DNA of 64,000 nt, from assembly GCA_031364125.1 (NCBI GenBank), contig JANLVT010000045.1:5082-69081 (forward strand), written 5' to 3'. Of the stretch, positions 17,155 through 27,343 are shown piece by piece. The stretch's first letter is position 1. The number at the start of each line of letters is the position of its first letter. The notes under the pieces are model-generated. The model saw only the letters and a list, made by a program, of their open reading frames with translations. It did not search any database and was not told where the DNA came from. Origin of the DNA: Lysobacterales bacterium (GTDB lineage Bacteria; Pseudomonadota; Gammaproteobacteria; Xanthomonadales; Xanthomonadaceae). The position numbers and the translations under genes are program-made.

Positions 17155-17167
17155 GACGGAGCCCGAT

Positions 17168-17578
17168 ATGGCACGCACCAAGGCCCTGATGATCCAGATC
17201 GCCACCGGCGATTCCCGTTCCATCGGCAAGCAGATCGTCGATGGCATCCGGATGAAGATCGCGACCGGCGAGCTGGCGCCCGGCGACCAGTTGCCCAGCG
17301 TCCGCGGTCTGGCGCAGCAGCTGACGATCAATCCGAACACCGTGGCCAAGGCCTACACCGAGTTGACGACCGAAGGCTGGCTGGATTCCCGCCAGGGCTT
17401 GGGCCTGTACGTCGCGCCGCTGCGCCAGCGGCTGAGCGATGCCGAACGTGAGCGCCGCTTCGACGATGCCGTGCAGCGTTTCGTCCACGACGTGGTGCCC
17501 TTGAACGTCACCGTGGACGAAGTGCAGACGCGCATGGCCGCCGAATTCGACGCGTTGACGCCGCGCAAGACCGCCTGA
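17168..17578 (+). CDS. GntR-family transcriptional regulator (short YtrA-like type)
   Basis: About 136 aa. Winged HTH IVDGIRMKIATGELAPGDQLPSVRGLAQQLTINPNTVAKAYTELTTEGWLDSRQGLGLYV, with a short C-terminal domain. It is followed by an ABC ATPase, as in ytrA-type operons. Confidence 0.85.
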   Translation: MARTKALMIQIATGDSRSIGKQIVDGIRMKIATGELAPGDQLPSVRGLAQQLTINPNTVAKAYTELTTEGWLDSRQGLGLYVAPLRQRLSDAERERRFDDAVQRFVHDVVPLNVTVDEVQTRMAAEFDALTPRKTA

Positions 17579-17588
17579 GACGGATGCC

Positions 17589-18506
17589 ATGTCCACACAC
17601 GACGACCACGTGATCGAAACCCACGGCCTGAGCAGACGCTATGGCCGCAAGCTCGCGCTCGACCATCTCGACCTGCGCATTCCGCGCGGCCGCATCCATG
17701 CCATCGTCGGCGCCAACGGCGCGGGAAAATCCACGCTGTTCCGGATCCTGTTGGGCTTCCTCGCGCCCAGCGCGGGCCGCGCGCGCATCCTCGGCCGCGA
17801 CAGCCAGCAGCTGACGCCCGCGGACCGCGGGCGCATCGGTTTCGTCAACGAGGAACACACGCTGCCCGGCTGGATGCGGGTCTCGGCGATCGCGCGGATG
17901 CACCGCCGCGAATACGCGCGATGGAATCAGCGCGCATACGATGAAGTGATCGGCCATTACCATGTACTGCAGGAACAGAAAGTCGGCCAGCTCTCGCGCG
18001 GCGAGCGCGCCGGTTTCAATCTGGCGCTGGCGTTGGCGCGGTCGCCCGAGTTGTTGATCCTCGACGAACCCACGCTGGGGCTGGACGTGGTCGCCAAGCG
18101 CGCGTTCCTGGAATCGCTGCTGTACAGCAACGCTGCCGACGACTGCACCGTCATCTACTGCTCGCACCAGATGGAGGAGATCGAGCGCGTCGCCGACAAC
18201 CTGATCATCCTCGAACGCGGCCGGCTGATGCACATGTCGGCGCCGGAAGACTTCTGTTCGCGGGTCACGCACTGGGTGGCGGACATTCCATTCAAGGGGC
18301 CGGAGCCGTCGACGGTGCCCGGCCTGCTGGAGCGGCAGCGTCTGGACGGGCTGCACCACTATCTGGTGCTGGATCAGGACGAAGGCTTCGCCGAGTTCCT
18401 GCGCGGCGTCGGCGCGCGTTCGATCCAGAGCATGCCGGTCGGTCTGGATCGGGCGGTGAATGCGTTTCTCGCCAAGAACCACGCCGCGCCCGCGGCCGCC
18501 GCCTGA
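17589..18506 (+). CDS. ABC transporter ATP-binding protein
   Basis: 305 aa. Walker A GANGAGKST, signature LSRGERAG, Walker B LLILDEPT, H-loop CSHQ. Confidence 0.9.
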   Translation: MSTHDDHVIETHGLSRRYGRKLALDHLDLRIPRGRIHAIVGANGAGKSTLFRILLGFLAPSAGRARILGRDSQQLTPADRGRIGFVNEEHTLPGWMRVSAIARMHRREYARWNQRAYDEVIGHYHVLQEQKVGQLSRGERAGFNLALALARSPELLILDEPTLGLDVVAKRAFLESLLYSNAADDCTVIYCSHQMEEIERVADNLIILERGRLMHMSAPEDFCSRVTHWVADIPFKGPEPSTVPGLLERQRLDGLHHYLVLDQDEGFAEFLRGVGARSIQSMPVGLDRAVNAFLAKNHAAPAAAA

Positions 18507-18513
18507 AGGAGCG

Positions 18514-20373
18514 ATGCCGATGTTCGAATTGTTCAAGGCCGAACTGCTGCGTTTCCGCCCGTGGGCGCTGGCATTGGCGGGCGTGCATTTCATCGCGCTG
18601 GCCTTCCTGACCCGCATGGTCGATCTGGCGCAGCAGCCGCTGGTGGTGCACTGGTCGTTCGCCAGTACGTATGCAGCGCTCGGGCTGTTGCTCGGGCTGT
18701 ATCAGATGGGCACGTATCGCAAGCCCAGCGCGTGGCTGAACATGCTGCATAGGCCGCTGTCGTCGCCGCGAATCGCGACGTCGCTGATCCTTGCCGCAGT
18801 GGCGCTGCTGGCGGTGGCGGTGGCGCTGCCGATCGCGCTGATCGCACTGTGGCAGGGCGCGATGACGCCGCGCGTGGTCGATCTGCGTCATTGGCTGTTG
18901 GCGCTTGCGGCGCTGCAGATCGCCGCTGCGGGCTATCTGGTCGGCGCGTACGGCATGCTCGGCGAGCGTCGCTACTCCTTCTCCGGCGTGGTGTTCCTTC
19001 TGCTGTTGATCACCGCCGCCGCCACCGGCTTCGGCGCGCTCGCAGTGCAAGCCTTGGTCGTGCTGTGGTTGATCGTGATGGTGCTGGCGACGTTCAAGCC
19101 CGACCTCGATGCGCCGCCGCGCAGTGCGACGGGCATGATCGCGGTGGCGCTGCCGCTGCAGATGGCGATGTATTCGATGATGCTGCTGGCGTATTCGGGC
19201 GTCGAGATGCTGTGGATCGCGCAGGGCTCGCATCCCAACAACATGCCGACGCCGCCGCGCGGCGGACACAACGAAGCGGAGAAGGCCGACGATCGCACGC
19301 GTATGCGCATGGCGCTGGAGGGCAGCGCCCATCCGGATGCGCCGTTGCTGCGCGAACAGATCGCGCTGTCGGAACCCACCGGCATCGCCTCGCAGCTCAG
19401 GCGGGTGCCGCAGCGTTCCGAACTGGCGAACGTCGCGCCGATGGAATTCGACGACGACGCGCGCGGCGTGCGCTGGGTCTTCAGTCACGACGACATGCGC
19501 CTGCACGGTTATCGCCTGAACGATCGCACGCCGGCGGGCATGCTGGGCGTCGGCGCCGACAACGCCGCATTTCCCGTGCCTGCGCTGCCCGTCGGCGCGA
19601 TGCCGGGCTCCGCAAAAGGCGATGCGCTGTTGATCGCGGGCAACACCGCGTATCACTACGACAGCGAATCCGGACAGGTGCTGCCGCGGATCCGTCTGCC
19701 CGACGATGAGGTGCTGGTCGGCGCGAGACCGGTCGGCGAAACCCTGGGCGTGATCAGCGACCGCGCGCTGTACTTTTTCGACGGCCGCGAAACGGTCGAA
19801 CACCAGCGGGTGATGACGCCGCGACTGCGGGTGCCGATGCCCGGCGCCTATCACGATATCTACGACCTCGACATGATCGAGCTGGTGGATGGTTATCTGA
19901 TCGTCTTCAGCAACAGCTACAACGCACATACCGCGGAAGGCGCCGTGCCGTATCAATACGTGCTGCGGGTGCGCGACGGCGGCGCGATCGAGACCATCGC
20001 GAAGCGGCGGCTCGGCTACGACTACCCCGCCGTCTATCGCTACCGGTCGTTCTGGACCTCGCCCGCGCTGTATGCGCTGTGCGATCACGCGCAGCATCTG
20101 TTCGCGCCGCCCCTGCCGCTGGAGACCAGCGTCGCCGCGCCGACCCCGCGCAGCATGTGGCTGCTGGCCGGGGCGCTGTCGCTGCTGGCGCTGATCGGCG
20201 CGCTGTGGCGGACACGGCGGCTGGCGATGCCGACGCCTGTGCGTGCTGTGTGGATCGCGATTTGCGGCCTGATCGGCCTGCCGGCGCTCGCGGCGCTGTG
20301 GCTGCTGTATCGGCCGCAGGAGATCGTGGCGTCCGATCCGTTGGACGTGCAGTACGCGAACGCCACGGCTTGA
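18514..20373 (+). CDS. membrane protein of the GntR-ABC operon (putative permease component, family not recognised)
   Basis: About 619 aa. AAGGA precedes ATG 18514, and the gap to the ATPase stop is 7 nt. The N-terminal ~250 aa carries multiple hydrophobic helices, followed by a soluble middle region and two terminal TM helices. Confidence 0.6.
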   Translation: MPMFELFKAELLRFRPWALALAGVHFIALAFLTRMVDLAQQPLVVHWSFASTYAALGLLLGLYQMGTYRKPSAWLNMLHRPLSSPRIATSLILAAVALLAVAVALPIALIALWQGAMTPRVVDLRHWLLALAALQIAAAGYLVGAYGMLGERRYSFSGVVFLLLLITAAATGFGALAVQALVVLWLIVMVLATFKPDLDAPPRSATGMIAVALPLQMAMYSMMLLAYSGVEMLWIAQGSHPNNMPTPPRGGHNEAEKADDRTRMRMALEGSAHPDAPLLREQIALSEPTGIASQLRRVPQRSELANVAPMEFDDDARGVRWVFSHDDMRLHGYRLNDRTPAGMLGVGADNAAFPVPALPVGAMPGSAKGDALLIAGNTAYHYDSESGQVLPRIRLPDDEVLVGARPVGETLGVISDRALYFFDGRETVEHQRVMTPRLRVPMPGAYHDIYDLDMIELVDGYLIVFSNSYNAHTAEGAVPYQYVLRVRDGGAIETIAKRRLGYDYPAVYRYRSFWTSPALYALCDHAQHLFAPPLPLETSVAAPTPRSMWLLAGALSLLALIGALWRTRRLAMPTPVRAVWIAICGLIGLPALAALWLLYRPQEIVASDPLDVQYANATA

Positions 20374-20449
20374 TCGCGGACGCCCGATGGCCTGTTCGAA
20401 ACCCCAGTGCTCCTGCGGCCGCAATTGCAAGGAGAACAATCCATCACCC

Positions 20450-20571
20450 GTAGAGCGGCCTTCAGGCCGCTGCTTCCGATACGCAACCGTTTCGTTTTCG
20501 TCGGCCGTGGGCACGGCCCGGATGTCGTCGCCAATCGGGTTCTGCCTGGGCCGGCCTGAAGGCCGCTCTAC
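20450..20571 (+). repeat. MITE-like element, family 1 (122 bp, 20-bp terminal inverted repeats)
   Basis: GTAGAGCGGCCTTCAGGCCG...CGGCCTGAAGGCCGCTCTAC. The interior is more than 90% identical by eye to the reverse complement of the copies at 50194-50298 and 54805-54926. Confidence 0.75.
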
Positions 20572-20677
20572 ACGATGTTGATGCGTAGATTCGGACAGAC
20601 TTTGGGCGTGTCGCATCCCGCAGCACACCCTGCAACACAACGCGGACCGACGCATCGGAGGTCCGCAGGAGAATGCC

Positions 20678-22834
20678 ATGTCGAAGATTGCGAATGCTTT
20701 CGCGATTCGGGCCGCGCTGACCCTTGCGTTGCTGATGGGCGCGGTCGCGCTGCTGTCGCCGCTCTCGTCGATCCGCGCCGCCGAACTGCAGGATGCGCTG
20801 CGCAGCGAACAACAGCGACCGCGCGCGCCGACGCTGCCGCGCAGCGCATTCCTGCAGCGCGCGTCGATCGTTTCGGTGGTGCTGTCGCCGGACGGACGGC
20901 AGGTCGCCTGGTTGAACGAGGCCGGCCGCAATCGCGAAGTCTGGCTGCAGACGACCGGCGGCGGTGAGGCGCGACGGCTGATGGCGCACACGCCCGCGCA
21001 TGAGTTGGCGTGGACGCGCGACAGCCGCTGGCTGCTGCTGGAAACGGCGCAGCATCTGTTCGCGCTGGCCGTCGACGGCCAGTCCGGTTCTGGCATCGTG
21101 ACCACGCTCGGCGGGCGCAGCGGGCGCGCGATGATGCGCGTCGACGACGCCATGCCCGCAGCGGCGATCGTGATCGAACAGGAAGGCCTCACGCCGCAGG
21201 GACAGCCCGCGCGATGGCGGCTGCTGCGCGTGGACATGCGCGGCAAACGCACGCGATTGCACGAAGACAGCCGGCGCATCACGGGTTATGCGCTGGATCC
21301 GCAGGGACGACTCGCATTCGTGCAGCGGGTGGAAGGACTGGAATTGACGATCCAGCGCGTCGAAGCAGGCGGCCGTCTGCGCGAAGTCGCACGCTGCGCG
21401 CGGATGCGGCGCTGCATGCCGCTGGTGACCAGCGCAGACGGACGCGATCTGATCCTGCGCGGCAATTTCGGCGAAGCGACCGGCCCGGAGCTGCATCGAC
21501 TGATGCGACTCGATGCCGACGGCCGCCTCCACGTACTGCATGCCGATCCGCGCGGCGAAGCGGATCTGGATACGCTGATTTTCGATCCGCTGACCCGGCA
21601 GCCGCTGATCGCGGCCTATCGCAGTACCGTCGCCGTCAGTCACGGCCTCGATGCCGACACGCAGCGGCATCTGCGACGTCTTGGAGCGTTGCTGCCGCAG
21701 CGGGACCAGCAGTTGGACCAGCGCATCGAGATCGGCCGCGGACAGGAGGCGCGCTGGCTGGTCGAAACCAGCGCCGGACACCAGCAGGGCAGCCGTTGGC
21801 ATCTGTACGATCCCGCCGTCGGCAGCGTGTCGGTGCTGTTCGACGACCGCCCGCGCGATGCGCGCAGTCAGCGTCCGGCCAAGCGCATCGACGACGCCAC
21901 GCTGGCGCGCAAGATTCCGGTCGACTGGCGCGCATCCGACGGCATGCGCCTGCATGGTTTCGTGTATCTGCCGCCCGGGCGCGCGGCGGCCACCCTGCCG
22001 CTGGTGGTGCTGCCACATGGCGGACCGTGGAATCACTGGCGGCCCGAGTACAACGGCATCAGCCAATTCCTGGTCAATCGCGGTTATGCGGTGTTCGAGC
22101 CGAACTTCCGCAGCTCGACCGGCCATGGCCGCGCCTATACATTCGCCGCGAACGGCGACTTCGGCAACGGCCGCGTGCAGCAGGACATCGTCGACGGCAC
22201 GCGCTACCTGCTCGCATCGGGCATCGGCGATGCGCAGCGCGTCGGCATCGCCGGTGCGTCGTTCGGCGGCTATTCGACGCTGCTCGGCGTCACCTTCCAG
22301 CCGGACCTGTTCAAGGTCGGCGTCGCCTTCGTGCCGCCGCCGGATTTCGCCTGGACGCTGCGCTGGCTGCTGCGCAACCCGGAATCGCTGGAATTCGGCA
22401 ACGTGGTGCCGATGACCGACTGGCTGCGGATGCTGTCGCTGGATGTCGACGACAGGGCGCACATGGCGACACTGCACGCGCAGTCGCCGCTCGCGAACAC
22501 CGCACGCATGCATCGGCCGCTGCTGCTGGTGGCCGGCGGCGAAGACCGCCGCGTCGGCATCGCCGGGGTGATCGAATACGCGGCAAGGCTCAAGCTCGCG
22601 AACAAGGACGTGAGCCTGCTGGTGGATACCGATGCCGGGCACGCCAATCGCGAGCCGATCGCCCGCGAAGCCAATCTCTATCTGCTAGAAGCGATGCTGC
22701 ATCGCCATCTCGACGGCACTGCGCCGGTCCCGCCGGATGCGGCATTGCGCGATTATCTCCGCGAAAATCTTCGCTTGTGCCATCGCGACCTGCAGGCGGT
22801 TTGCGCGAAGCGCGGGAGCGCGGGCACACGTTGA
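20678..22834 (+). CDS. S9 family serine peptidase (prolyl oligopeptidase/dipeptidyl aminopeptidase-like), secreted
   Basis: 718 aa. Signal peptide (..ALLMGAVALLSPLSSIRAAE), N-terminal beta-propeller-like region, nucleophile elbow GASFGGYS, C-terminal D...GH (TDAGHAN). Confidence 0.85.
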   Translation: MSKIANAFAIRAALTLALLMGAVALLSPLSSIRAAELQDALRSEQQRPRAPTLPRSAFLQRASIVSVVLSPDGRQVAWLNEAGRNREVWLQTTGGGEARRLMAHTPAHELAWTRDSRWLLLETAQHLFALAVDGQSGSGIVTTLGGRSGRAMMRVDDAMPAAAIVIEQEGLTPQGQPARWRLLRVDMRGKRTRLHEDSRRITGYALDPQGRLAFVQRVEGLELTIQRVEAGGRLREVARCARMRRCMPLVTSADGRDLILRGNFGEATGPELHRLMRLDADGRLHVLHADPRGEADLDTLIFDPLTRQPLIAAYRSTVAVSHGLDADTQRHLRRLGALLPQRDQQLDQRIEIGRGQEARWLVETSAGHQQGSRWHLYDPAVGSVSVLFDDRPRDARSQRPAKRIDDATLARKIPVDWRASDGMRLHGFVYLPPGRAAATLPLVVLPHGGPWNHWRPEYNGISQFLVNRGYAVFEPNFRSSTGHGRAYTFAANGDFGNGRVQQDIVDGTRYLLASGIGDAQRVGIAGASFGGYSTLLGVTFQPDLFKVGVAFVPPPDFAWTLRWLLRNPESLEFGNVVPMTDWLRMLSLDVDDRAHMATLHAQSPLANTARMHRPLLLVAGGEDRRVGIAGVIEYAARLKLANKDVSLLVDTDAGHANREPIAREANLYLLEAMLHRHLDGTAPVPPDAALRDYLRENLRLCHRDLQAVCAKRGSAGTR

Positions 22835-22946
22835 AATCGACTTGTTTTTCCGGCGGGTTCGGCAAAGACAAGTGGCTGGCGCGGCACTGGCGCAAGCGAC
22901 CCGGAAGATGAGCGGCGGATGGATTTCGCGCCCGGTCGAATGCGTC

Positions 22947-23945
22947 TCACGAAGGGGGATCGCGGAGCGGTCGCGCGGTGCGCATCCCCAGTGCGAGCCT
23001 GAGTTCATCCAACGGAAAATCCGACTGCTTCGCAGGGTCGCCGAAATGCGCGGCGATCGATTCGCTCCAGAGGATCTCCGTCTGGGGCGCGAATCCCAGA
23101 CGGTTGTTCATCATGTGGATCTGGGAATAGAACATGCCGGCGATCGCTCTCGACCGTTCGACCTCGTCGGTGGGCGAACGCGCCTGTATGGGAGATATCA
23201 GCAGGCCATCCTCCGCCATGGCCATGAACGTTCGGTAGGCCTGGCCGACCGCGACGCCCCAGTGCCCGACGAGCGAATCCGCAGGTCGGCCGGACGCCAG
23301 GAAAGCGCGGTGCGCGTCGAAGCGCGAGGCCATGCCGTCCGCGACCAGTGCCTTGCCGACGAAGGCGTCGTCGCCGCCGCCGGTCGGCCCATTGCTCCAG
23401 CCGATGGCATACGTGGAGAAAAAAGCGCTGGGCGACCCGTTGCAGCAGTCCGTCGCGGCCGCGGTCATCAGCATCAGGTCGATCGCCAGGCGGGCGCGCT
23501 TGCGATGATCCGCGACTGTCAGATCGATGGCGCGAACCGCGATCGCGGTGGACAGCCGGAACAGGCGTTCGTTCTCCTTCAGGGCATGCGGCCCCCCGTA
23601 CCGGCGCGTTTCGGGGACGTATTCGACGTCCGCGATCGCGCCGGGCGTGAACAGAGTGCCCTGGCTGTCGGGGTAGCCGATCGACCGGACCCACTCCGAG
23701 ACAGGTACGTTCTCGGCAAGAGCGGCGCATTCGGCCGCCGCTTGCGCGCGGAATGCGTCGTACACAGGATCGATCCGCTGGCCGACGCGGATGCGGAGAT
23801 GCGCGCCGCCCTCGGCGTAACGAATGAAAAACCAGTCGTCGTGAGAGTCGGTCAGGTCGCGCAGGATGCGGGCAGTCGCGATGGCGAGCAGATCCGCATG
23901 CTCCGGTTGGGCGTAGAAAAGATGGAACGAGCGCCATGAATTCAT
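22947..23945 (-). CDS. thiopeptide-type bacteriocin biosynthesis protein (SpaB_C / LanB C-terminal-like fold); glutamate-elimination enzyme or pyridine synthase
   Basis: 332 aa. The N-terminus WRSFHLFYAQPEHADLL....WFFIRYAEGGAHLRIRVG...YVPETRRYGGPHAL..ERLF..S is the hallmark pattern of the SpaB_C/thiopep_ocin domain. It is the last gene of the RiPP operon. Confidence 0.8.
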   Translation of the reverse strand: MNSWRSFHLFYAQPEHADLLAIATARILRDLTDSHDDWFFIRYAEGGAHLRIRVGQRIDPVYDAFRAQAAAECAALAENVPVSEWVRSIGYPDSQGTLFTPGAIADVEYVPETRRYGGPHALKENERLFRLSTAIAVRAIDLTVADHRKRARLAIDLMLMTAAATDCCNGSPSAFFSTYAIGWSNGPTGGGDDAFVGKALVADGMASRFDAHRAFLASGRPADSLVGHWGVAVGQAYRTFMAMAEDGLLISPIQARSPTDEVERSRAIAGMFYSQIHMMNNRLGFAPQTEILWSESIAAHFGDPAKQSDFPLDELRLALGMRTARPLRDPPS

Positions 23946-23952
23946 ATCTTTC

Positions 23953-25464
23953 TCATGCGATCGGAAACGCTGGATTGGGGTGCGGGTCGAAGCCGATCAG
24001 TATCTGCACGAGCGCACGCATCTCCAGCGGCATCAGCAGGTTTTTCAGATCGTCCGGATAGGCCATGAACGGGCGGGCCGTCATGCCGTTGCGTGCCGCA
24101 GCGAGACACATACATTGCGACAGAACGCCGGCGCGTAGATATGCATCGATGAGCGCATGCGCCGCCGCGCCATCGCCCGCCAGATGTCCGTCGGCGCCGA
24201 TCGTGATCAGGATGCCGGTGTTGTAGCGGCACATCTCGCGCGCCACGCGCAAGGTGTCTTCGCCGCACGGCATCGGCGTCATGCGCGAGCGCACGTGATC
24301 GACGTCGAAAATCCGGACAGGCGCTTCCTGCGTTGCTTTCCACACGAGCGTAACGCACAGCGGCAGGGTCCCGACTGCATGCGATCCGCTGCCGCGAACC
24401 AGAATCCGTATGTCGGCCAGCAGCGCGTCCAGAACGGCCGCGTCCATGGCCCTCGTCCAACGGGCGATGCCGTTGCCGATGCCGGATGAACGCCTGTCGG
24501 AAAGATCAAGGACGGAAAACAATTCCGGTGGCGTGTCGTTTGCATCACCGATGGCGCCGTACTCGGTAGCGACGCCCGATGCGGTGCGGATCGGCGCCGT
24601 GGCCGCCAACCGCACGAAATCGCGCATCGACGGATGCGCATCGGCATCGGCATGGTGCGGCCGGGGGCGGATCGTCTCCAGCGGGCGGGCGCTCAGATCC
24701 GATAGCGCAGAGCCTGCGCGGTCGCCCGACAATCGGCAGCTGACCATCGGCGATTCGCTCCAATGCCCGATGCCGACCAGCGTGCGCAAAGCGTCGTCGT
24801 CGTGGCGCGCGCAAGGATGCAGGCGCCAGCCCAGGGCGCGAGCGACGAAGTGGATCTGCGCCTGCAGCATTCCGGCTTCCAGCGCGACCAGCCAGAGAGC
24901 GAGGGCGCCATAGATGCCGACGCATTTGCCGAGATTGCCGACGATGACCAGCGACAGGGCGTCCTCGTCTTCAGACGCCGCATCCTCGGGGACTTCGCGA
25001 CTCTCGAGCAGACACAGATCGCGGGGGCTGCAATAGAGCGCGCGCGGGCCATTGCGCGTCCGTGCGATCAGATAAAGATCCACGGGAAACAGGGCCCCGG
25101 GCGTCGGGACTGCCCGATGCTGTCCGCAACCGTTGAGCGGCTCCCAGCGGATCGGCCATGCGGAATGCTGGAGCAGGACCGATAACTTCTCCGATGCGGT
25201 CAGCCCTGCCGTTGCGGCGCCGTCTTCGGTCGCAGTGGTGTCCGGCGGTTCCGGCAGGACATAGGCCGCGGCCTGATGCTGCTCGAACGTCACGCCCTTT
25301 TCGAACCGCGGATGCAGCCGCGTGCGGTCCATCTCGGGCGCCAGCGGAAATATCGATGATGTGCCGCCCTGCCGCAGCCCCTCCCACCGCGCGCCGCGCA
25401 GTTCGCGCCGACGGTCCGAAGTGGCGACGATGTAATCCTGAACCGGCGTGTTGCTGGCCATCAT
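23953..25464 (-). CDS. SagB-type (tandem nitroreductase-fold) FMN-dependent azoline dehydrogenase
   Basis: 503 aa and about twice nitroreductase length. First half ..AVPTPGALFPVDLYLIAR....LYCSPRDL.., with a second pseudo-repeat. It sits directly downstream of the YcaO gene (4-nt gap), as in TOMM/thiopeptide clusters. Confidence 0.7.
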   Translation of the reverse strand: MMASNTPVQDYIVATSDRRRELRGARWEGLRQGGTSSIFPLAPEMDRTRLHPRFEKGVTFEQHQAAAYVLPEPPDTTATEDGAATAGLTASEKLSVLLQHSAWPIRWEPLNGCGQHRAVPTPGALFPVDLYLIARTRNGPRALYCSPRDLCLLESREVPEDAASEDEDALSLVIVGNLGKCVGIYGALALWLVALEAGMLQAQIHFVARALGWRLHPCARHDDDALRTLVGIGHWSESPMVSCRLSGDRAGSALSDLSARPLETIRPRPHHADADAHPSMRDFVRLAATAPIRTASGVATEYGAIGDANDTPPELFSVLDLSDRRSSGIGNGIARWTRAMDAAVLDALLADIRILVRGSGSHAVGTLPLCVTLVWKATQEAPVRIFDVDHVRSRMTPMPCGEDTLRVAREMCRYNTGILITIGADGHLAGDGAAAHALIDAYLRAGVLSQCMCLAAARNGMTARPFMAYPDDLKNLLMPLEMRALVQILIGFDPHPNPAFPIA

Positions 25465-25468
25465 GCCC

Positions 25469-27343
25469 TCATGGGAAGACGTGGGGATCGTCGCGAAAGC
25501 GGGACACGCCGTCGCGTCCCGTCATCCGCATCAGGCGATCGGTCGAAATGCGCCGGTAGCGGTGACCGAAGGTCATCGGAAGCAGGCCCGGCGCAAGCAC
25601 CTTCGCGCAGTGCAACCCATCGGATCGGAAAGGTTCGAAGCCCTGATCGATGGTGATCACATCGGCTGCAACGCTCAGCGTCGCTTCAACCAGATCCTTC
25701 ATCAATGCGAACGTGGGGATTTCCTGCGCGTCGGCGCAGGTCGGGATCGCCGACAAGGCAAGCTTCGGACCCGAGGCGATTGGGAAGCTGCGCTCGCGCA
25801 ACGCCCTCAATGGCCAGCACTGCAACGAGTGGTCGGCCATGGATCCCACCGCGGCGGGATTGTCGAGCAGGATCTCCGCCTTGCGCATTTTATCTTCCCG
25901 ATCGCGATCATCGTGGCGATGCACGAAGGTCACCGCTTCTGCGAACGCGGCGCGCATGGCCTTGTCGCGATCGAGATGCGCGCCGGCTGCATAAACCGCA
26001 GCGGGGCCGAAGCGCAGGTCGGGATCCGTGATCCTCACCGCGAAGGCCGGGGGCGGCAGTCCGCAACGGATATCGTAGACGTCGACTTCGAGCCCCTCGG
26101 CGCAGAGGCGGGCCAGCATCGCCTGCACGAACGGATCTGCGCAGTCTCGCGCGTCGACCGCGTGGAGCTCACGCCCGGAATACCAGGATGCAAGAAAAGC
26201 GTCGCGCTCGATGATCTCAAGCAGGCCGTGGAGCGTGGCTTCCGCCATGGACGAACCGATCGCGCAGCCATTGGAGATTTCGTAGACGAATCGGCCCCCG
26301 GTCACATGCGTCGTGGATCGGCCGAGGCCGTAATAGGCCAGTTGCAACGGAACCAGTACTTCTGCGCCGCGCCGGAACGAGTATCCCCAGACCCAGTCGT
26401 ACACCGTGTCAGGACTGTATTCGGCGATCGCGAAACCGGGTTCGCCGCGCTGCGCCGGCGCATGCAGGATGAACGACTGCGGATCGATCGCCCGATCCCG
26501 CAGTGCGTTGTAGCTGCCCTTCACCGTGGTCCGCTGGCCGCGGGGCCGCATCCCCGCGAAACGCTCGATGGCTTCCAGCAACGCGATGGTGGCGTCATCG
26601 CCGGCCTTGCCCGACCGGCCGAAGCCTTCTTCGACCGTGGCGAGGTCTTTGAACGGATAGAGCGTCGCCGCATGCATGCCCAGCATCGGTGTCGATGTCC
26701 GGGGCACGATTTGCCGGACCACGCCGGTGCGACCATCCTTCGAATGGGGAAGGATCGCGGACGCGATGTCCCGCAACGATGAGCCGCGCAGACCGGAAGT
26801 CATTCGATCATTGCGGAACATGTCCGCAGCGGTCGTGCGCGTGTTGTCCGGCAGCGGCTCGCACCGCGGGCAGTCCGGATGGCGGATGAAAACGTGTTCG
26901 GACACCGATCTGCGGTCGATGCTGACGAGGCGCGCGCTCCCGGTGGAGCCATCCGTTTCGGGCGGTGGGGCGACGGCCGTCGCTGCGATCATCGCGGCCA
27001 GCCATGCGTCGCCCGCTGGGGAAATGGCGGGAAACTCGTCCGGCTGACAGGCCGTATCCCGGGTAAATCCGACCGTCCATCCATGCAGCCGCCACAGCTG
27101 GAAGCAATGAAAGCAGGGGTCGGAGGCGGCCGCTGCGCTGATCCAGCAGTGTCCTTGCGTCCACAGCACGAGGATCAACGCATGGCGATCAGCGACAGCC
27201 TCGTCGACCGTGCGCGACTGTTCCGCCAAGCGGTAAAGCGGATGAGCGACGATGCCGATGTGGGCGGGTACGCCCGCCGCGATCAGCGCGTCTTCGACCT
27301 GCATCGCCAAGGGGGGCGCGAAACCCAGGATGCGATGCTTCAT
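25469..27343 (-). CDS. YcaO-type cyclodehydratase (azoline-forming, thiopeptide/TOMM type)
   Basis: About 624 aa. YcaO core motifs GFGRSGKAGDDATIALLEAIERFAG, NGCAIGSSMAEATLHGLLEIIERDAF and AGAHLDRDKAMRAAFAEA. The C-terminus is Pro-containing (..DDPHVFP). ATG 27343 overlaps the upstream stop (ATGA). The track ORF (to 27679) is over-extended. Confidence 0.85.
   Translation of the reverse strand: MKHRILGFAPPLAMQVEDALIAAGVPAHIGIVAHPLYRLAEQSRTVDEAVADRHALILVLWTQGHCWISAAAASDPCFHCFQLWRLHGWTVGFTRDTACQPDEFPAISPAGDAWLAAMIAATAVAPPPETDGSTGSARLVSIDRRSVSEHVFIRHPDCPRCEPLPDNTRTTAADMFRNDRMTSGLRGSSLRDIASAILPHSKDGRTGVVRQIVPRTSTPMLGMHAATLYPFKDLATVEEGFGRSGKAGDDATIALLEAIERFAGMRPRGQRTTVKGSYNALRDRAIDPQSFILHAPAQRGEPGFAIAEYSPDTVYDWVWGYSFRRGAEVLVPLQLAYYGLGRSTTHVTGGRFVYEISNGCAIGSSMAEATLHGLLEIIERDAFLASWYSGRELHAVDARDCADPFVQAMLARLCAEGLEVDVYDIRCGLPPPAFAVRITDPDLRFGPAAVYAAGAHLDRDKAMRAAFAEAVTFVHRHDDRDREDKMRKAEILLDNPAAVGSMADHSLQCWPLRALRERSFPIASGPKLALSAIPTCADAQEIPTFALMKDLVEATLSVAADVITIDQGFEPFRSDGLHCAKVLAPGLLPMTFGHRYRRISTDRLMRMTGRDGVSRFRDDPHVFP

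Noticed and set aside
20678-22834. The S9 prolyl-oligopeptidase-like gene convergent with the RiPP operon, considered as the missing leader or tail protease (the core tail contains ..QEP/LIDG).
   Set aside because: It is convergent and not co-transcribed, and it has a signal peptide, so it is periplasmic. S9 peptidases are abundant in this window (three others). Adjacency alone is therefore not evidence. This is left as a remote possibility only.
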